Below, piece by piece: positions 9,018-19,210 of a stretch of 64,000 nucleotides of DNA. A model generated the notes under the pieces. It was not told the DNA's origin. It did no database searches and saw nothing but the letters and a program-made list of their open reading frames with translations. The translations under genes were made by a program, and so were the position numbers. Source of the DNA: Desulfobacterales bacterium (lineage in GTDB: Bacteria > Desulfobacterota > Desulfobacteria > Desulfobacterales > UBA2174); NCBI GenBank assembly GCA_963668645.2, contig CAXXWC010000021.1:288001-352000 (forward strand). Direction: 5' to 3'. Every line of letters begins with the position of its first letter. Within the stretch, counting starts at the first letter, position 1.

Positions 9018-9830
9018 ATGGAAGAAAAACTAATCGAAAAAGTCATGCAGGAAGTCATGAAACGGGTCGGGCCGGCCAGCGCTGCCACCGGGGCGCCGGC
9101 AGAGGAGGATAAGCAGATCATCACCCCCGTTTCCCAAAGCCTGGTTCAGCTCACCGAGTTCGTCGGCGCCAGCATGGGCGACACCCAGGGGATCGTCATC
9201 GCCAATCTCGATCCGGCGATTCACGAACTGATGGAATTCGACAAAAAGTATCGCTCCATCGGCGTCATCGGTGGCCGCGTCGGCGCCGGTCCCCAACTGA
9301 TGGCGGCCGACGACGCGGTCAAAGCCACCAACACCGAAATCATCCGGGTGGAGATGCCCCGCGACACCAAGGGCGGCGCCGGCCACGGTAACTTGATCAT
9401 CTTCGGGGCCGAAGATGTCTCCGATGCACGGCGGGCCGTTGAAGTGTCGCTGGAAGTGCTGCCCAAATACTTCGGCGATGTCTACGGCAACGACCAGGGG
9501 TACACGGAGAACCAGTATTCGGCCAGGGCCAGCTTCTGTCTCAACAAGGCGTTAAACGCCCCCATCGGAAAGGCTTTCGGCCTGATTCTGGGCGCGCCGG
9601 CCGTAGTGGGCATGCTGATGATCGATACGGCCGTCAAAGCCGCCGATGTAGAAGTGGTCGGCTACGGTTCACCTAGCCACGGCACGTCCCTGACCAACGA
9701 GGTCTTTATCTGGGTAACCGGTGATTCGGGAGCGGTCCGCCAGGCGGTGATCGCCGGCCGCGAAGTGGGCAACAAGCTCCTCGGTGCCTGGGGTGAGGAG
9801 CCCAAATCGATGTCCACCCCATATATCTAG
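9018..9830 (+). CDS. pduB: BMC-T shell protein PduB
   Basis: N-terminal helix, TEFVG, PRDTKGGAGHG, GDSGAVRQAV, terminal PYI. Confidence 0.93.
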   Translation: MEEKLIEKVMQEVMKRVGPASAATGAPAEEDKQIITPVSQSLVQLTEFVGASMGDTQGIVIANLDPAIHELMEFDKKYRSIGVIGGRVGAGPQLMAADDAVKATNTEIIRVEMPRDTKGGAGHGNLIIFGAEDVSDARRAVEVSLEVLPKYFGDVYGNDQGYTENQYSARASFCLNKALNAPIGKAFGLILGAPAVVGMLMIDTAVKAADVEVVGYGSPSHGTSLTNEVFIWVTGDSGAVRQAVIAGREVGNKLLGAWGEEPKSMSTPYI

Positions 9831-9841
9831 GGAGAACCACG

Positions 9842-11509
9842 ATGGCAAAGCGACAGAAACGTTTTGAAATCTTGAGCCAACGCGCCGTCAACCAGGACGG
9901 CTTCATCAAGGAATGGATCGACGTGGGCCTGGTCGCCATGGACAGCCCTAACGATCCGGCGCCCAGCATCCGCATCGAGGGCAAGACCATCGTGGAGATG
10001 GATGGCAAACCGCGCGAGGCCTTCGACATGATCGACACCTGGATCGCCGATCATACCATCGACGTGTCCGCGGCCGAAAAGGTCATGGCCATGGATTCGC
10101 TGGCCATCGCCCGCATGCTGGTGGACATCAACGTACCGCGCGCCGAGATTGTTCGTCTTTCCGTCGGGATGACCCCAGCCAAGTACGTCGACGTGCTTAA
10201 ACGCATGAACGTCGTCGAACTGATGATGGCCATGCAGAAGCTGCGCCCCCGGCGCACCCCGGCCAACCAGGCCCACGTCACCAACGTCAAGGACAGCGCC
10301 CCGCTGCTGGCCGCCGATGCCGCCGAAGCCGCCCTGCGCGGTTTTGCGGAGATCGAAACCACGGTGGGTGTGGTGCGCTACGCACCGATGAACGCCATAT
10401 CGCTACTGGTGGGCGGCCAGGTCGGCCGGCCGGGGGTAATGGCCCAGTGCGCCGTGGAAGAGGCCATGGAGCTGACCATGGGCATGCGCGGTCTGACCCA
10501 CTACGCCGAGACGGTGTCGGTCTACGGCACCGAGCAGGTCTTCATCGACGGAGACGACACGCCCTGGTCCAAGACCTTTCTGGCTTCGGCCTACGCCTCG
10601 CGGGGGTTGAAGATGCGCTATACCTCCGGCACGGGTTCCGAGGTCCAGATGGGCTATGCCGAGGGCAAGTCGATGCTCTATCTGGAGATCCGTTGCGTCA
10701 TGATCACCAAGGGCGCCGGGGTCCAGGGGCTGCAAAACGGCTCGATCAGTTGTGTCGGTGTGCCCGGTGCGGTTCCGGCCGGGGTGCGCGCCATTCTGGC
10801 GGAAAACGTGGCCACGGTCCTCAACGACCTGGAGGTGGCCTCGGGCAACGATCAGACCTTCACCCATTCACCGATCCGCAACACGGCCCGAATGCTGATG
10901 CAGTTTCTGCCCGGCACCGATTTCATCTTCTCGGGCTACAGCGCCTCGCCCAACTACGACAACATGTTCGCCGGCTCGACCCATGATGTGGACGACTATG
11001 ACGACATGCTCGTACTGCAGCGCGACCTGCAGGTCGACATGGCCTTGAGACCGGTAAGCGAGGACGACGTCATCGAGGCGCGCAACAAGGCGGCCCGGGC
11101 CCTGCAGGCAGTCTTTGACGAGCTGCAGCTACCGCCCATCACCGACGAAGAGGTCGAGGCCGCCACTTACGCCCACGGCAGCAAGGACATGCCGGATCGC
11201 AACGTACCCGAAGACCTGCGGGCCATCGACGCAATGATGAAACGCGGCACCACCGGCCTCGATGTGATGAAGGCCCTGGCCAAAAACGGGTTCGGCGACG
11301 TGGCCCAGAGCGTGCTCAACATGCAAAAGGGCAAGGTCAGCGGCGATTATCTGCAAACCTCGGCCGTCTTCGACGAACAGTTCAACGTCGTGGCGGCCAT
11401 CAACGACCTCAACGATTACGAAGGCCCCGGTACCGGTTACCGCCTCGAAGGGGCGCGCTGGGAAATGCTCAAGGACATCCCGGCGGCCATCAGTCCCGAG
11501 GACGTTTAA
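9842..11509 (+). CDS. pduC: AdoCbl-dependent diol/glycerol dehydratase large subunit
   Basis: KRFEIL..R.VNQDGF, DGDDTPWSK, QGLQNGS, SGNDQTF, NYDNMFAGS. Confidence 0.97.
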   Translation: MAKRQKRFEILSQRAVNQDGFIKEWIDVGLVAMDSPNDPAPSIRIEGKTIVEMDGKPREAFDMIDTWIADHTIDVSAAEKVMAMDSLAIARMLVDINVPRAEIVRLSVGMTPAKYVDVLKRMNVVELMMAMQKLRPRRTPANQAHVTNVKDSAPLLAADAAEAALRGFAEIETTVGVVRYAPMNAISLLVGGQVGRPGVMAQCAVEEAMELTMGMRGLTHYAETVSVYGTEQVFIDGDDTPWSKTFLASAYASRGLKMRYTSGTGSEVQMGYAEGKSMLYLEIRCVMITKGAGVQGLQNGSISCVGVPGAVPAGVRAILAENVATVLNDLEVASGNDQTFTHSPIRNTARMLMQFLPGTDFIFSGYSASPNYDNMFAGSTHDVDDYDDMLVLQRDLQVDMALRPVSEDDVIEARNKAARALQAVFDELQLPPITDEEVEAATYAHGSKDMPDRNVPEDLRAIDAMMKRGTTGLDVMKALAKNGFGDVAQSVLNMQKGKVSGDYLQTSAVFDEQFNVVAAINDLNDYEGPGTGYRLEGARWEMLKDIPAAISPEDV

Positions 11510-11533
11510 CCGCCTCACAGGAGGATTCGATCA

Positions 11534-12190
11534 ATGGGCAGTATTTCCGAAGAAACCATCCGTCAGATCATCTGCGATGTGATCCAGCAGATCCAGGGCG
11601 AAGCCGCACCGGAATGCGGCGCTGCGGCCTCGTTGGAGGTCAAAGCAGCACCCCTGACTCTCAAAGAAACCGGCGAGGCCGTCGTAGGCAAGGACCGCAA
11701 CGAGGTGGTGATCGGCTTTCCACCAGCCTTCGGCACCACCATGACCCAGACCATCATCCATATCCCCCACCGTGAAGTGCTGCGAGAACTGATGGCCGGC
11801 ATCGAGGAGGAAGGACTCAAACCGCGCCTGGTGCGGGTCAACAAGACCGCCGATGTCGGTTTCATCGCCCACGAAGCGGCCAAACTGAGCGGATCGGGAA
11901 TCGGCATCGGGATCATCTCGCGCGGTACCACCGTCATCCACCAGCGCGATCTGGCTCCGTTGCAGAACCTGGAACTCTTCTCCCAGTCCCCTCTGGTGGA
12001 ACTTTCCACCCTGCGGTCCATCGGCCGCAACGCAGCAAAGTACGCCAAGGGGGAAAACCCCTCACCCGTGCCGGTGCGCAACGACCCCATGGCCCGGCCC
12101 AAGTATCAGGGACTGGCCGCGCTGCTGCACAACAAGGAGACCCAGTTCGTCAAACCCGGTATGCCGTCCAAGGAGGTCTGTCTCGCCTGA
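11534..12190 (+). CDS. pduD: Diol dehydratase medium subunit
   Basis: N-terminal encapsulation-like helix; AGIEEEG, LSGSGIGIGI, NLELFSQ, MARPKYQ. Confidence 0.95.
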   Translation: MGSISEETIRQIICDVIQQIQGEAAPECGAAASLEVKAAPLTLKETGEAVVGKDRNEVVIGFPPAFGTTMTQTIIHIPHREVLRELMAGIEEEGLKPRLVRVNKTADVGFIAHEAAKLSGSGIGIGIISRGTTVIHQRDLAPLQNLELFSQSPLVELSTLRSIGRNAAKYAKGENPSPVPVRNDPMARPKYQGLAALLHNKETQFVKPGMPSKEVCLA

Positions 12191-12274
12191 CGGCCAGCCA
12201 GCAGTCACCATCGACCACGAAACCCGGGTGCCGGGGAAACACCCCTCGCGCGGCACCCAAAGGAGCAGATACCC

Positions 12275-12811
12275 ATGGCTCAGTCGCAACCTACCACCAT
12301 CTCTCCGGATCTGATCGCCGAGGCGGTCCGTCGCGCCATGGCGGCCCTTGGTCAGGCAAGTCCGCCATCGCCGAAACCGGCAACCGCCACTCCGGGCCCG
12401 CATCTTGACGCCAAAAAAGACTTCCCCTTGGGGATCAAACGCCCCGAGCTGGTCAAGTCCTCCAGTGGCCTGAACCTGGAAGACATCTCCCTGGCCAAGG
12501 TCACCTCCGGGACGATCAACTTCGACGACGTCAAGATCCATCCCGAGACCCTCGAATACCAGGCCCAGATAGCTGAAAACATCGGCCGGCCGCATCTTGC
12601 CGCCAACTTCCGGCGCGCTGCGGAAATGACCCGTATTCCCGACGCGCGCGTGCTGGAAATCTACAACAGCCTGCGGCCCTACCGCTGCACCAAGCAGGAA
12701 CTTCTCGACATCGCCGATGAGCTGGAAACCCAGTACGCGGCGAACGCCTGCGCCGCCCTGGTCCGGGAAGCGGCTGCAGTCTACGAAAAACGCAACCGGC
12801 TCAAGGCCTAA
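12275..12811 (+). CDS. pduE: Diol dehydratase small subunit
   Basis: PETLEYQAQIA, NFRRAAEMT, LEIYNSLRPYR. Confidence 0.95.
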   Translation: MAQSQPTTISPDLIAEAVRRAMAALGQASPPSPKPATATPGPHLDAKKDFPLGIKRPELVKSSSGLNLEDISLAKVTSGTINFDDVKIHPETLEYQAQIAENIGRPHLAANFRRAAEMTRIPDARVLEIYNSLRPYRCTKQELLDIADELETQYAANACAALVREAAAVYEKRNRLKA

Positions 12812-12844
12812 CGGCCGCCGGCCTTCGGAGAAAACGGTAAAACC

Positions 12845-14673
12845 ATGGCTTTGATTGCCGGAGTGGACATCGGAAACAACACCACCGAGGTGGCGATCGC
12901 CTCGGTGAGCGCCGACCGCCAAATCACGGTCCTGTCCAGCAGTATCGTCAGGACCATTGGAATCAAAGGCACACTGCGCAACGTCTCGGGCATTATCTCG
13001 GCCCTGGACCAGGCCTTGGACAAGATCGGCCGGCGGCGCCAGGAACTGACGCAGGTCCTTCTCAACGAGGCCACTCCAGTGATCGGAGACGTGGCCATGG
13101 AAACCATCACGGAAACCGTGATCACCGAATCGGCCATGATCGGTCACAACCCCGGCACGCCGGGCGGTTTCGGTCTGGGGCTGGGCACCACCATCGCCCT
13201 GGACCGTCTCCAAGAGGCTGACCCGGACACGGCCTGGATCGTGACCATCCCCCGGACCGTCCCCTTCGGCGACGCGGCTGAAAGGCTCAATGGCGCCGGC
13301 CGCAAGGGGATCCGGGTGGCCGCGGCCATCGCCGGTAACGATGACGGCGTACTGATCCACAACCGTCTGGATCGGCCCATCCCCATCGTAGACGAGGTGC
13401 GCTTCATCGAGCGCATCCCGCTGGGCATGCCCGCCGCGGTGGAGGTCGCCGCGGTGGGCCGGTCCATCGAAAAGCTCTCCAACCCTTACGATATCGCCAC
13501 CTTGTTCCACCTCGGCCCCGACGAGACGCGCAACATCGTCCCTGTGGCCCGGGCTCTGACCGGCACGCGCAGCGCGGTGGTGATCAAGACCCCCCACGGA
13601 GAAATCAAGGAACGGCGCATCCCCGCCGGCCATCTCGACCTCATCGGTCCCCGGCAGAAAGCCCGGGTGGCCGTGGACAAGGGGGCCGACGAGATCATGG
13701 CCCGGGTGGCCGAGGTCTCACCCCTTGAGGAGATCCGGGCCGAAGCCGGCACCAACGTGGGCGGCATGTTCGAAACGGTGCGCCAGGTGATGGCCGACCT
13801 GACCCAGCAACCGGTCAGCGAAATCCGGGTCCAGGACATCATCGCCGTGGACACCCTCGTGCCCCAGGCGGTTGCCGGCAGCCTGGCCGGCGAGTACGCC
13901 ATGGGCAACGCCGTGGGACTGGCGGCCATGGTGCAGACCAACCGGCTTCCCATGCAGCGGCTGGCCCGCAAACTTGAAGAGGAAATCCGCGTGCCCGTAA
14001 AGGTGGCCGGCGTCGAGGCCGAGATGGCCGTACGCGGGGCACTGACCACCCCGGGCACCAGCGCCCCACTGGCGATCCTCGATTTGGGCGGCGGTTCCAC
14101 CGATGCCTGTCTGATCAAGGCGAACGGAGAGATCACCGCCTGCCACCTGGCCGGGGCCGGCGACATGGTCACCATGCTCATCGACAAGGAGCTGGCCCTG
14201 GGCGACCTCGACCTGGCCGAACGGATCAAGTTCTACCCCCTGGCCAAGGTCGAAACCCTCTTTCACATGCGCCATGAGGATGGATCGGTCCAGTTTTTCA
14301 ACGAACCGCTCGACCCACGCCTCTACGGCCGCGTGGTGGTCATCGGCGGCGACGGCCCGCAGCCGGTGGACTCGCGCGAGCCGCTGGGCAAGATCGCCGA
14401 AGTGCGCCAAAAGGCCAAGCATAAAGTCTTCGTGCGCAACGCCCTGCGCGCCCTGCGACAGGTGGCGCCGGCCAACAACATCCGCCTGATCCATTTCGTG
14501 GCCCTGGTGGGCGGTTCGGCCCTGGATTTCGAAATTCCGAGGATGATCACCGACGCCCTGACGACCTACGGGGTGGTCACGGACGGGCCAATGTGCGCGG
14601 CTGCGAAGGCCCGCGCAATGCCGTGGCCACCGGCCTGGTGCTGTCCTGGAACGGAGCCGGAGGAAAAGCTTGA
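12845..14673 (+). CDS. pduG: Diol dehydratase reactivase large subunit; apparent 1-nt deletion near 14580
   Basis: AGVDIGNNTTEVA, ITESAMIGHNPGTPGG, LDLGGGSTDA; the conserved end GRANVRGCEGPRNAVATGLVL is in another frame from 14581 and stops at 14673. Confidence 0.9.
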
Positions 14674-15209
14674 TGCCTGACAATGCCCCCAACGCCCCGG
14701 CCTCGGCCCGACCGGTGGTCAACATCTTCCTGGCGGACAGCAAAGCCGCCGACCTGGCGCAGGTCCTCTGCCTGGGCCTCGAAGAGGAAGGCATCCCCTG
14801 GCAGTGTTCACCGGTGGCAGAAAAGGCGGATGTGACATCCCTGGCCAAACAGGCGGCCGATCTTTCCAAACTGAACGTGGGGCTGGCCATCGCGCCGGGC
14901 GCAGGAACAATCGTGCTCCACCATCGCGATCTTCCGGTGGCCAAGCCGCTGTTCACCTTGGCCACCGGGCGGCTGGACCCCGAGAGCCTCAGGCGCCTGG
15001 GGGCCAATGCGGCACGTCTGGTCAAGGGCAATCCCATGATACTGGACCCGCCGCAACCAGACCCTGCCGCTGCGGATACCGGCAAGCGTTCGCCCGGGCC
15101 TCCGAGAGCCGCAACCGATGAAGTGACGCCGGACCAGGTGGCTGAACTGGCGATTCGGGTGCTCGCGGCCCTGCGGTCCCGGCAATCCAACAAGGGAGCG
15201 AGTCAATGA
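14673..15209 (+). CDS. pduH: Diol dehydratase reactivase small subunit with C-terminal extension
   Basis: LGLEEEGIP, S.LNVGL, RRLGANAARLVKG.P; TGATG overlap with the corrected pduG stop. Confidence 0.9.
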   Translation: MPDNAPNAPASARPVVNIFLADSKAADLAQVLCLGLEEEGIPWQCSPVAEKADVTSLAKQAADLSKLNVGLAIAPGAGTIVLHHRDLPVAKPLFTLATGRLDPESLRRLGANAARLVKGNPMILDPPQPDPAAADTGKRSPGPPRAATDEVTPDQVAELAIRVLAALRSRQSNKGASQ

Positions 15210-16009
15210 AACGATCGAGCATCGGAATGATCGAAACCTGGGGCTACACTGCGGCCGTGGAAGCGGCCGATACCGGGATGAAGGCCGCCAACGTCCGTCT
15301 GCTGGGCGTCCAGCGCGTCGGCTCGGCGCTGTGGACGGTCAGCTTCACCGGGGAGGTGGCGGCGGTGAAAAGCGCCGTCAATGCCGCCCTGGCCTCCGTG
15401 GCGCGCATCGGCCGGGTGGTGGCCCATCATGTGATCCCCCGTCCCGATGCCTCCGTCTACCGGCGTCTCGGGATTTCTTTGCCCCCAGATCCGGAAGACG
15501 TGCCTCCGCGACCCCCCTCGGGGACGCCGCAGACGGAAGCAACCGGCGATGGGCCAGAATCGTCACCGGCCGATGATCAGATGCCAGCGCCCGAGACGGC
15601 TCCGGAAACGGTGGCACCCGGATCCGATACCCTATCCCCGCCGGACGAGACCAGCACGCCGCAGCCCGAGGAAAAAGTCCCGGAGGAGGTCCCGGAGGAG
15701 GTTTCGGAGACCGAAATTTCAGAACCAGGCCCTGATACGACGCCACTTTCGGAGCCGGACGCCTCTGAGCCCGCATTGACGGCGCCCACTGCAGCGCTGC
15801 CGGAAGCAATGGAAACAACGATCGAGGAACCCCCTGCGCCTGAACCGCCTGCGCCCACCATCGATGCTGCGGCCACGGATCAAGAGCCACCGGCCGTTGC
15901 GCCGAAGCCCCACAAGGTCGGGGAAACCAAAGTCAGAGGCCCGTCCGCCAAACGAGGCCGAAAACCGGCTGCCAGGGGCGGCGCCAAAACCAAGGTTTCA
16001 AAGGAGTAG
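15206..16009 (+). CDS. BMC-H shell protein with long disordered extension (PduK-like)
   Basis: BMC domain in residues ~1-85 (HVIPRP), then Pro/Glu-rich linker and Lys/Arg tail. Confidence 0.85.
   Translation: MKRSSIGMIETWGYTAAVEAADTGMKAANVRLLGVQRVGSALWTVSFTGEVAAVKSAVNAALASVARIGRVVAHHVIPRPDASVYRRLGISLPPDPEDVPPRPPSGTPQTEATGDGPESSPADDQMPAPETAPETVAPGSDTLSPPDETSTPQPEEKVPEEVPEEVSETEISEPGPDTTPLSEPDASEPALTAPTAALPEAMETTIEEPPAPEPPAPTIDAAATDQEPPAVAPKPHKVGETKVRGPSAKRGRKPAARGGAKTKVSKE
15677..15712 (+). repeat. In-frame 12-nt tandem repeat (VPEE)
   Basis: GTCCCGGAGGAG x2 plus a degenerate GTTTCGGAGACC. Confidence 0.7.
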
Positions 16010-16012
16010 CCT

Positions 16013-16630
16013 GTGGCCGAACTGCGTTCCTACGTCTATATCGATCGGCTTCAGCCCCAACTCGCAGCCCACCTGGGAGCCAATGCCCGCGGTTACATCC
16101 CGGTGCCGGGCTGCGCTGCCATGCTGGTGGAGATCGCGCCGGGAGTGTTGATCAACCAGGTCCTGGACGTGGCGGTCAAGGCGGCCAACATCCGCCCCGG
16201 GCTCATGGAGGTGGAGCGCCATTACGGGGTGCTCGAGTTTCATGCCCAGAACCAGGCCGACGTCCAACTGGCCGGTCAGGCCTCGCTGCAAGTGCTCGGC
16301 CGGAGTGAAAAGGATCGTTTCAAACCGCAGATCCTCAGCTCCCAGATCATCCGCAAGGTCAACCCCTATCATGCGCAGATGGTCAACGTTTCGCGCCTCT
16401 GCTCCATGCTTCTGCCCGGCCAGGACCTTTACATTCTCGAGCTGCAGCCGGCGGCCTACATCGCCGTGGCTGCCAACGAGGCGGAAAAAAGCGCCCAGAT
16501 CACCCTTGTGGACTGCCAGCTCTACGGCGCCGTGGGGCGGCTCTCCCTCGGCGGACGCCAAGCGGACATTCAACGGGCCGCTGCTGCGGCACAAACGGCC
16601 ATCGCCCAGATCGACGGGATCGAGAACTGA
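16013..16630 (+). CDS. CcmP/CsoS1D-like double-stacking BMC-T shell protein
   Basis: ELRSYVYIDRLQPQ, EIAPG, ER.YG.LE.H, KPQILSSQIIR, QPAAY...AANEAEK, GRL.LGG match CcmP as I recall it. Confidence 0.88.
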   Translation: MAELRSYVYIDRLQPQLAAHLGANARGYIPVPGCAAMLVEIAPGVLINQVLDVAVKAANIRPGLMEVERHYGVLEFHAQNQADVQLAGQASLQVLGRSEKDRFKPQILSSQIIRKVNPYHAQMVNVSRLCSMLLPGQDLYILELQPAAYIAVAANEAEKSAQITLVDCQLYGAVGRLSLGGRQADIQRAAAAAQTAIAQIDGIEN

Positions 16631-16646
16631 AAGGACCCCGGGTTTC

Positions 16647-17513
16647 ATGCAGACCCTTCAAACGGCCAATCAACACATCGATGCGTTCGCCGCGGTCCTA
16701 TCGGCCCCGCAAAGGCCGGTTCCCGGCGAGCCCCTGTACACCGGGGTCGATCTGGGCACGGCCTACATCGTCACGGCGGTGGTCGACGGCCGGGGGCGCC
16801 CCGTGGCCGGGTCCCTGACCCGCAGCCGGGCCAGTGTGCGCGACGGGCTGGTGCTCGATTACATGGGGGCCATCGAGATCCTCAGGGAACAGGTCACCGG
16901 ATTGCGCCAGGCCGGGTTGCACCTCGAGACGGCATCAGCGGCCTATCCGCCCGGCACCAGCGGCCGCAATGCCCGCGCCTTCGGACACGTGCTCGAGGCC
17001 GTGGGCCTCGACGTGGCCATACTCACCGACGAGCCCTCGGCGGCCGCCAGCGTGCTGGAGGTCACCGAGGGTGCGGTGGTCGACATCGGCGGGGGGACCA
17101 CCGGTATTTCGGTGATCCGTGACGGCCAGGTGGTTTACACCGCCGATGAACCCACCGGCGGCACCCATGTGGACCTGGTCCTCAGCGGTCACTTCAAGGT
17201 ACCGACCCACGTGGCCGAAGAAATGAAACGGGACACAGCCCGCCAGCCGGAACTGCTCCAGATCGTCCGACCGGTCTTTCAGAAGATGGCTGCCATCGTA
17301 CGCACCCACCTGACAGGTCATCGCGTGGAAACGATCTACCTGGTCGGCGGTACGAGCACCTTTGCCGGCATCGCCGCGGTGATGGCCGACGAGACCGGAC
17401 TGGAGGTGATCGTGCCCCACACCCCGCTGTTGGTCACCCCCCTGGGCATCGCCTACGCGCTGTGCCGACACCAGGGGAAGCAAAACACAACCGTTCTTTC
17501 AAAGGAGTCGTGA
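16647..17513 (+). CDS. eutJ: EutJ family Hsp70/actin-fold protein
   Basis: GVDLGTA, VRDGLVLDY.GA, DEPSAA, VVDIGGGTTG, ADEPTGGTH, LVTPLGIA. Confidence 0.92.
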   Translation: MQTLQTANQHIDAFAAVLSAPQRPVPGEPLYTGVDLGTAYIVTAVVDGRGRPVAGSLTRSRASVRDGLVLDYMGAIEILREQVTGLRQAGLHLETASAAYPPGTSGRNARAFGHVLEAVGLDVAILTDEPSAAASVLEVTEGAVVDIGGGTTGISVIRDGQVVYTADEPTGGTHVDLVLSGHFKVPTHVAEEMKRDTARQPELLQIVRPVFQKMAAIVRTHLTGHRVETIYLVGGTSTFAGIAAVMADETGLEVIVPHTPLLVTPLGIAYALCRHQGKQNTTVLSKES

Positions 17514-18322
17514 TGGACGCGCAAACCGTTGGCCGCATCGTTGATCAGGTCATCCGGCGCGTGGCCGAAAATATCGGTGCCGACGGGCGCAAGGGACGCC
17601 TGATAGCCGTGTTCACTGGGGCCAGCGCCGATTTTGCCCAGTGCGTCGACCAGATCCGAGGACTGGTTCTCGATGGCTACCGGGTGGAAACGGTGCTTTC
17701 CGAAGCGGCCGAGGCCATCTTCGGCGAAACACTGCGCCAAATGCTCGCCGGTTTTCCCCAGATCGCGCCGGTAAGCGAAACACGCTGGGTGACGGCCGCC
17801 GACAATGCCCTGGGTGTCGTGGTGCCGATGTTGAGCCTCAACACGCTGTCGCGCATCGCTCTGCTCATGGCCGACAACAAACCGACCAACATCATCCTGC
17901 GGGCCCTTTTTACCGGCCGGCCCGTGCTGATGGTCCCCAACGGCGCCGTGGCCCGGGCCCCGCACTGGCAGGCCAAGGCCGGCGGGTCCCAGGCACCGGC
18001 CCTGGCCGCTGCGGTGGAGGAACGGCTCGCCGCAGTGGGGCGATACGGCGCACAAATCGTCGCGGTCAACGCCATCCGCCGGACCGTAGCCGCCTGGTCC
18101 CGGGGGATCGCCGGCCCAGCTGCCGCAACTTTTCCTGCGGCGAACTCCAGCACCGGGGCCGGATTCATCCGGGCCGGATCCACCGTAGTCAGTGCGGCCC
18201 AGGTGCGCCTGGCCCACAGTGCCGGCGCCGATCTGGTGATCGCCCCCCAGGCCCGGGTCACCCCGCTGGCCCGGGATCTGGCCTCACGCTACGGCGTGGC
18301 GCTGGTTCACGAGGGCCAATAA
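17513..18322 (+). CDS. BMC-associated flavoprotein (HFCD/PduM-like)
   Basis: N-terminal EP-like helix, VFTGA, VLSEAA, LSLNTLSRIALLMADN, C-terminal VTPLARDLA. Confidence 0.7.
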   Translation: MDAQTVGRIVDQVIRRVAENIGADGRKGRLIAVFTGASADFAQCVDQIRGLVLDGYRVETVLSEAAEAIFGETLRQMLAGFPQIAPVSETRWVTAADNALGVVVPMLSLNTLSRIALLMADNKPTNIILRALFTGRPVLMVPNGAVARAPHWQAKAGGSQAPALAAAVEERLAAVGRYGAQIVAVNAIRRTVAAWSRGIAGPAAATFPAANSSTGAGFIRAGSTVVSAAQVRLAHSAGADLVIAPQARVTPLARDLASRYGVALVHEGQ

Positions 18323-18339
18323 AAGGAGATGCACGAACG

Positions 18340-18621
18340 ATGATCGTCGCCAAAATAATCGGTACCGTCGTGGCCACCCGCAAGCACGAAAAGCTCGTCG
18401 GTCACAAGATTCAGGTTATCCAACCGCTGGATCCCAAAACCCTGGAGCCCGCAGACCGTCCCCTGGTGGCGGTTGACGCCGTGGGGGCCGGGGTGGGCGA
18501 ACAGGTCATCGCGGTTACCGGCAGCAGTGCACGCCGGGGGGTGGATGGCATCGGCGTTCCGGTGGACGCCACCATCATCGGCATCATCGATCAGCTCGAA
18601 ATCGACACCCGTCACTGTTGA
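18340..18621 (+). CDS. pduN: BMC-P vertex protein (PduN/EutN/CcmL)
   Basis: MIVAKIIGTVVATRK, VAVDAVGAGVGE, GSSAR, PVDATIIGIID; RBS AAGGAG. Confidence 0.93.
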   Translation: MIVAKIIGTVVATRKHEKLVGHKIQVIQPLDPKTLEPADRPLVAVDAVGAGVGEQVIAVTGSSARRGVDGIGVPVDATIIGIIDQLEIDTRHC

Positions 18622-18640
18622 CGGCCGCAGGGGAACTGCA

Positions 18641-19210
18641 ATGAAACTCTACACCCGCCGGGGTGACAAGGGACAAACCAGCCTCTTGGGAGGCGCACGG
18701 GTATCCAAGACCGATATCCGCGTCAAGAGCTACGGGGCCGTGGACGAATTGCAGGCCCACCTCGGCATGGCCCGGGCCGCCATCGACACCCCAGCCCTCA
18801 AGCTCCTGGTGGGCCGTGTGCAGCAGCGTCTCTTGATCGCCTGCGCCCAGTTGGCCGCAACCCCCGAGGCGGCCCGGCGCCTCAAGGATCCGCTGGGCCC
18901 GGACGATGTGGCCTGGCTCGAAACCGAGATCGACGCGCTGACGGCAGCCTACCCGCTTCCGGCGCGCTTCGTGCTGCCCGGTGAGGGGATCGCCAGCGCC
19001 GCGGCCCACGTGGCGCGCACCGTCTGCCGGCGCTGCGAGCGGATCCTGCTCATGCGCGCCGAGCAGACCGGCGACGACCTGGACGGCATGATCATCTATT
19101 TCAACCGTCTGAGCGATTTTCTCTTCGCTCTGGCCTGGGCCCTGGAGGTGCGCCACACCATCCAGGACATCATCCTCGACCTGATCGGCAAAGGGGGCCC
19201 ATGCAACTGA
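18641..19210 (+). CDS. pduO: ATP:cob(I)alamin adenosyltransferase, PduO type
   Basis: KLYTRRGDKGQT, YGAVDEL, FVLPG, HVARTVCRRCER, NRLSDFLF. Confidence 0.95.
   Translation: MKLYTRRGDKGQTSLLGGARVSKTDIRVKSYGAVDELQAHLGMARAAIDTPALKLLVGRVQQRLLIACAQLAATPEAARRLKDPLGPDDVAWLETEIDALTAAYPLPARFVLPGEGIASAAAHVARTVCRRCERILLMRAEQTGDDLDGMIIYFNRLSDFLFALAWALEVRHTIQDIILDLIGKGGPCN

Noticed and set aside
16242..16646. N-terminal extension of EutJ in the ORF track (also 17641, 18473, 6675, 24008 starts)
   Set aside because: These overlap upstream genes or RNA elements; downstream starts fit family lengths better.
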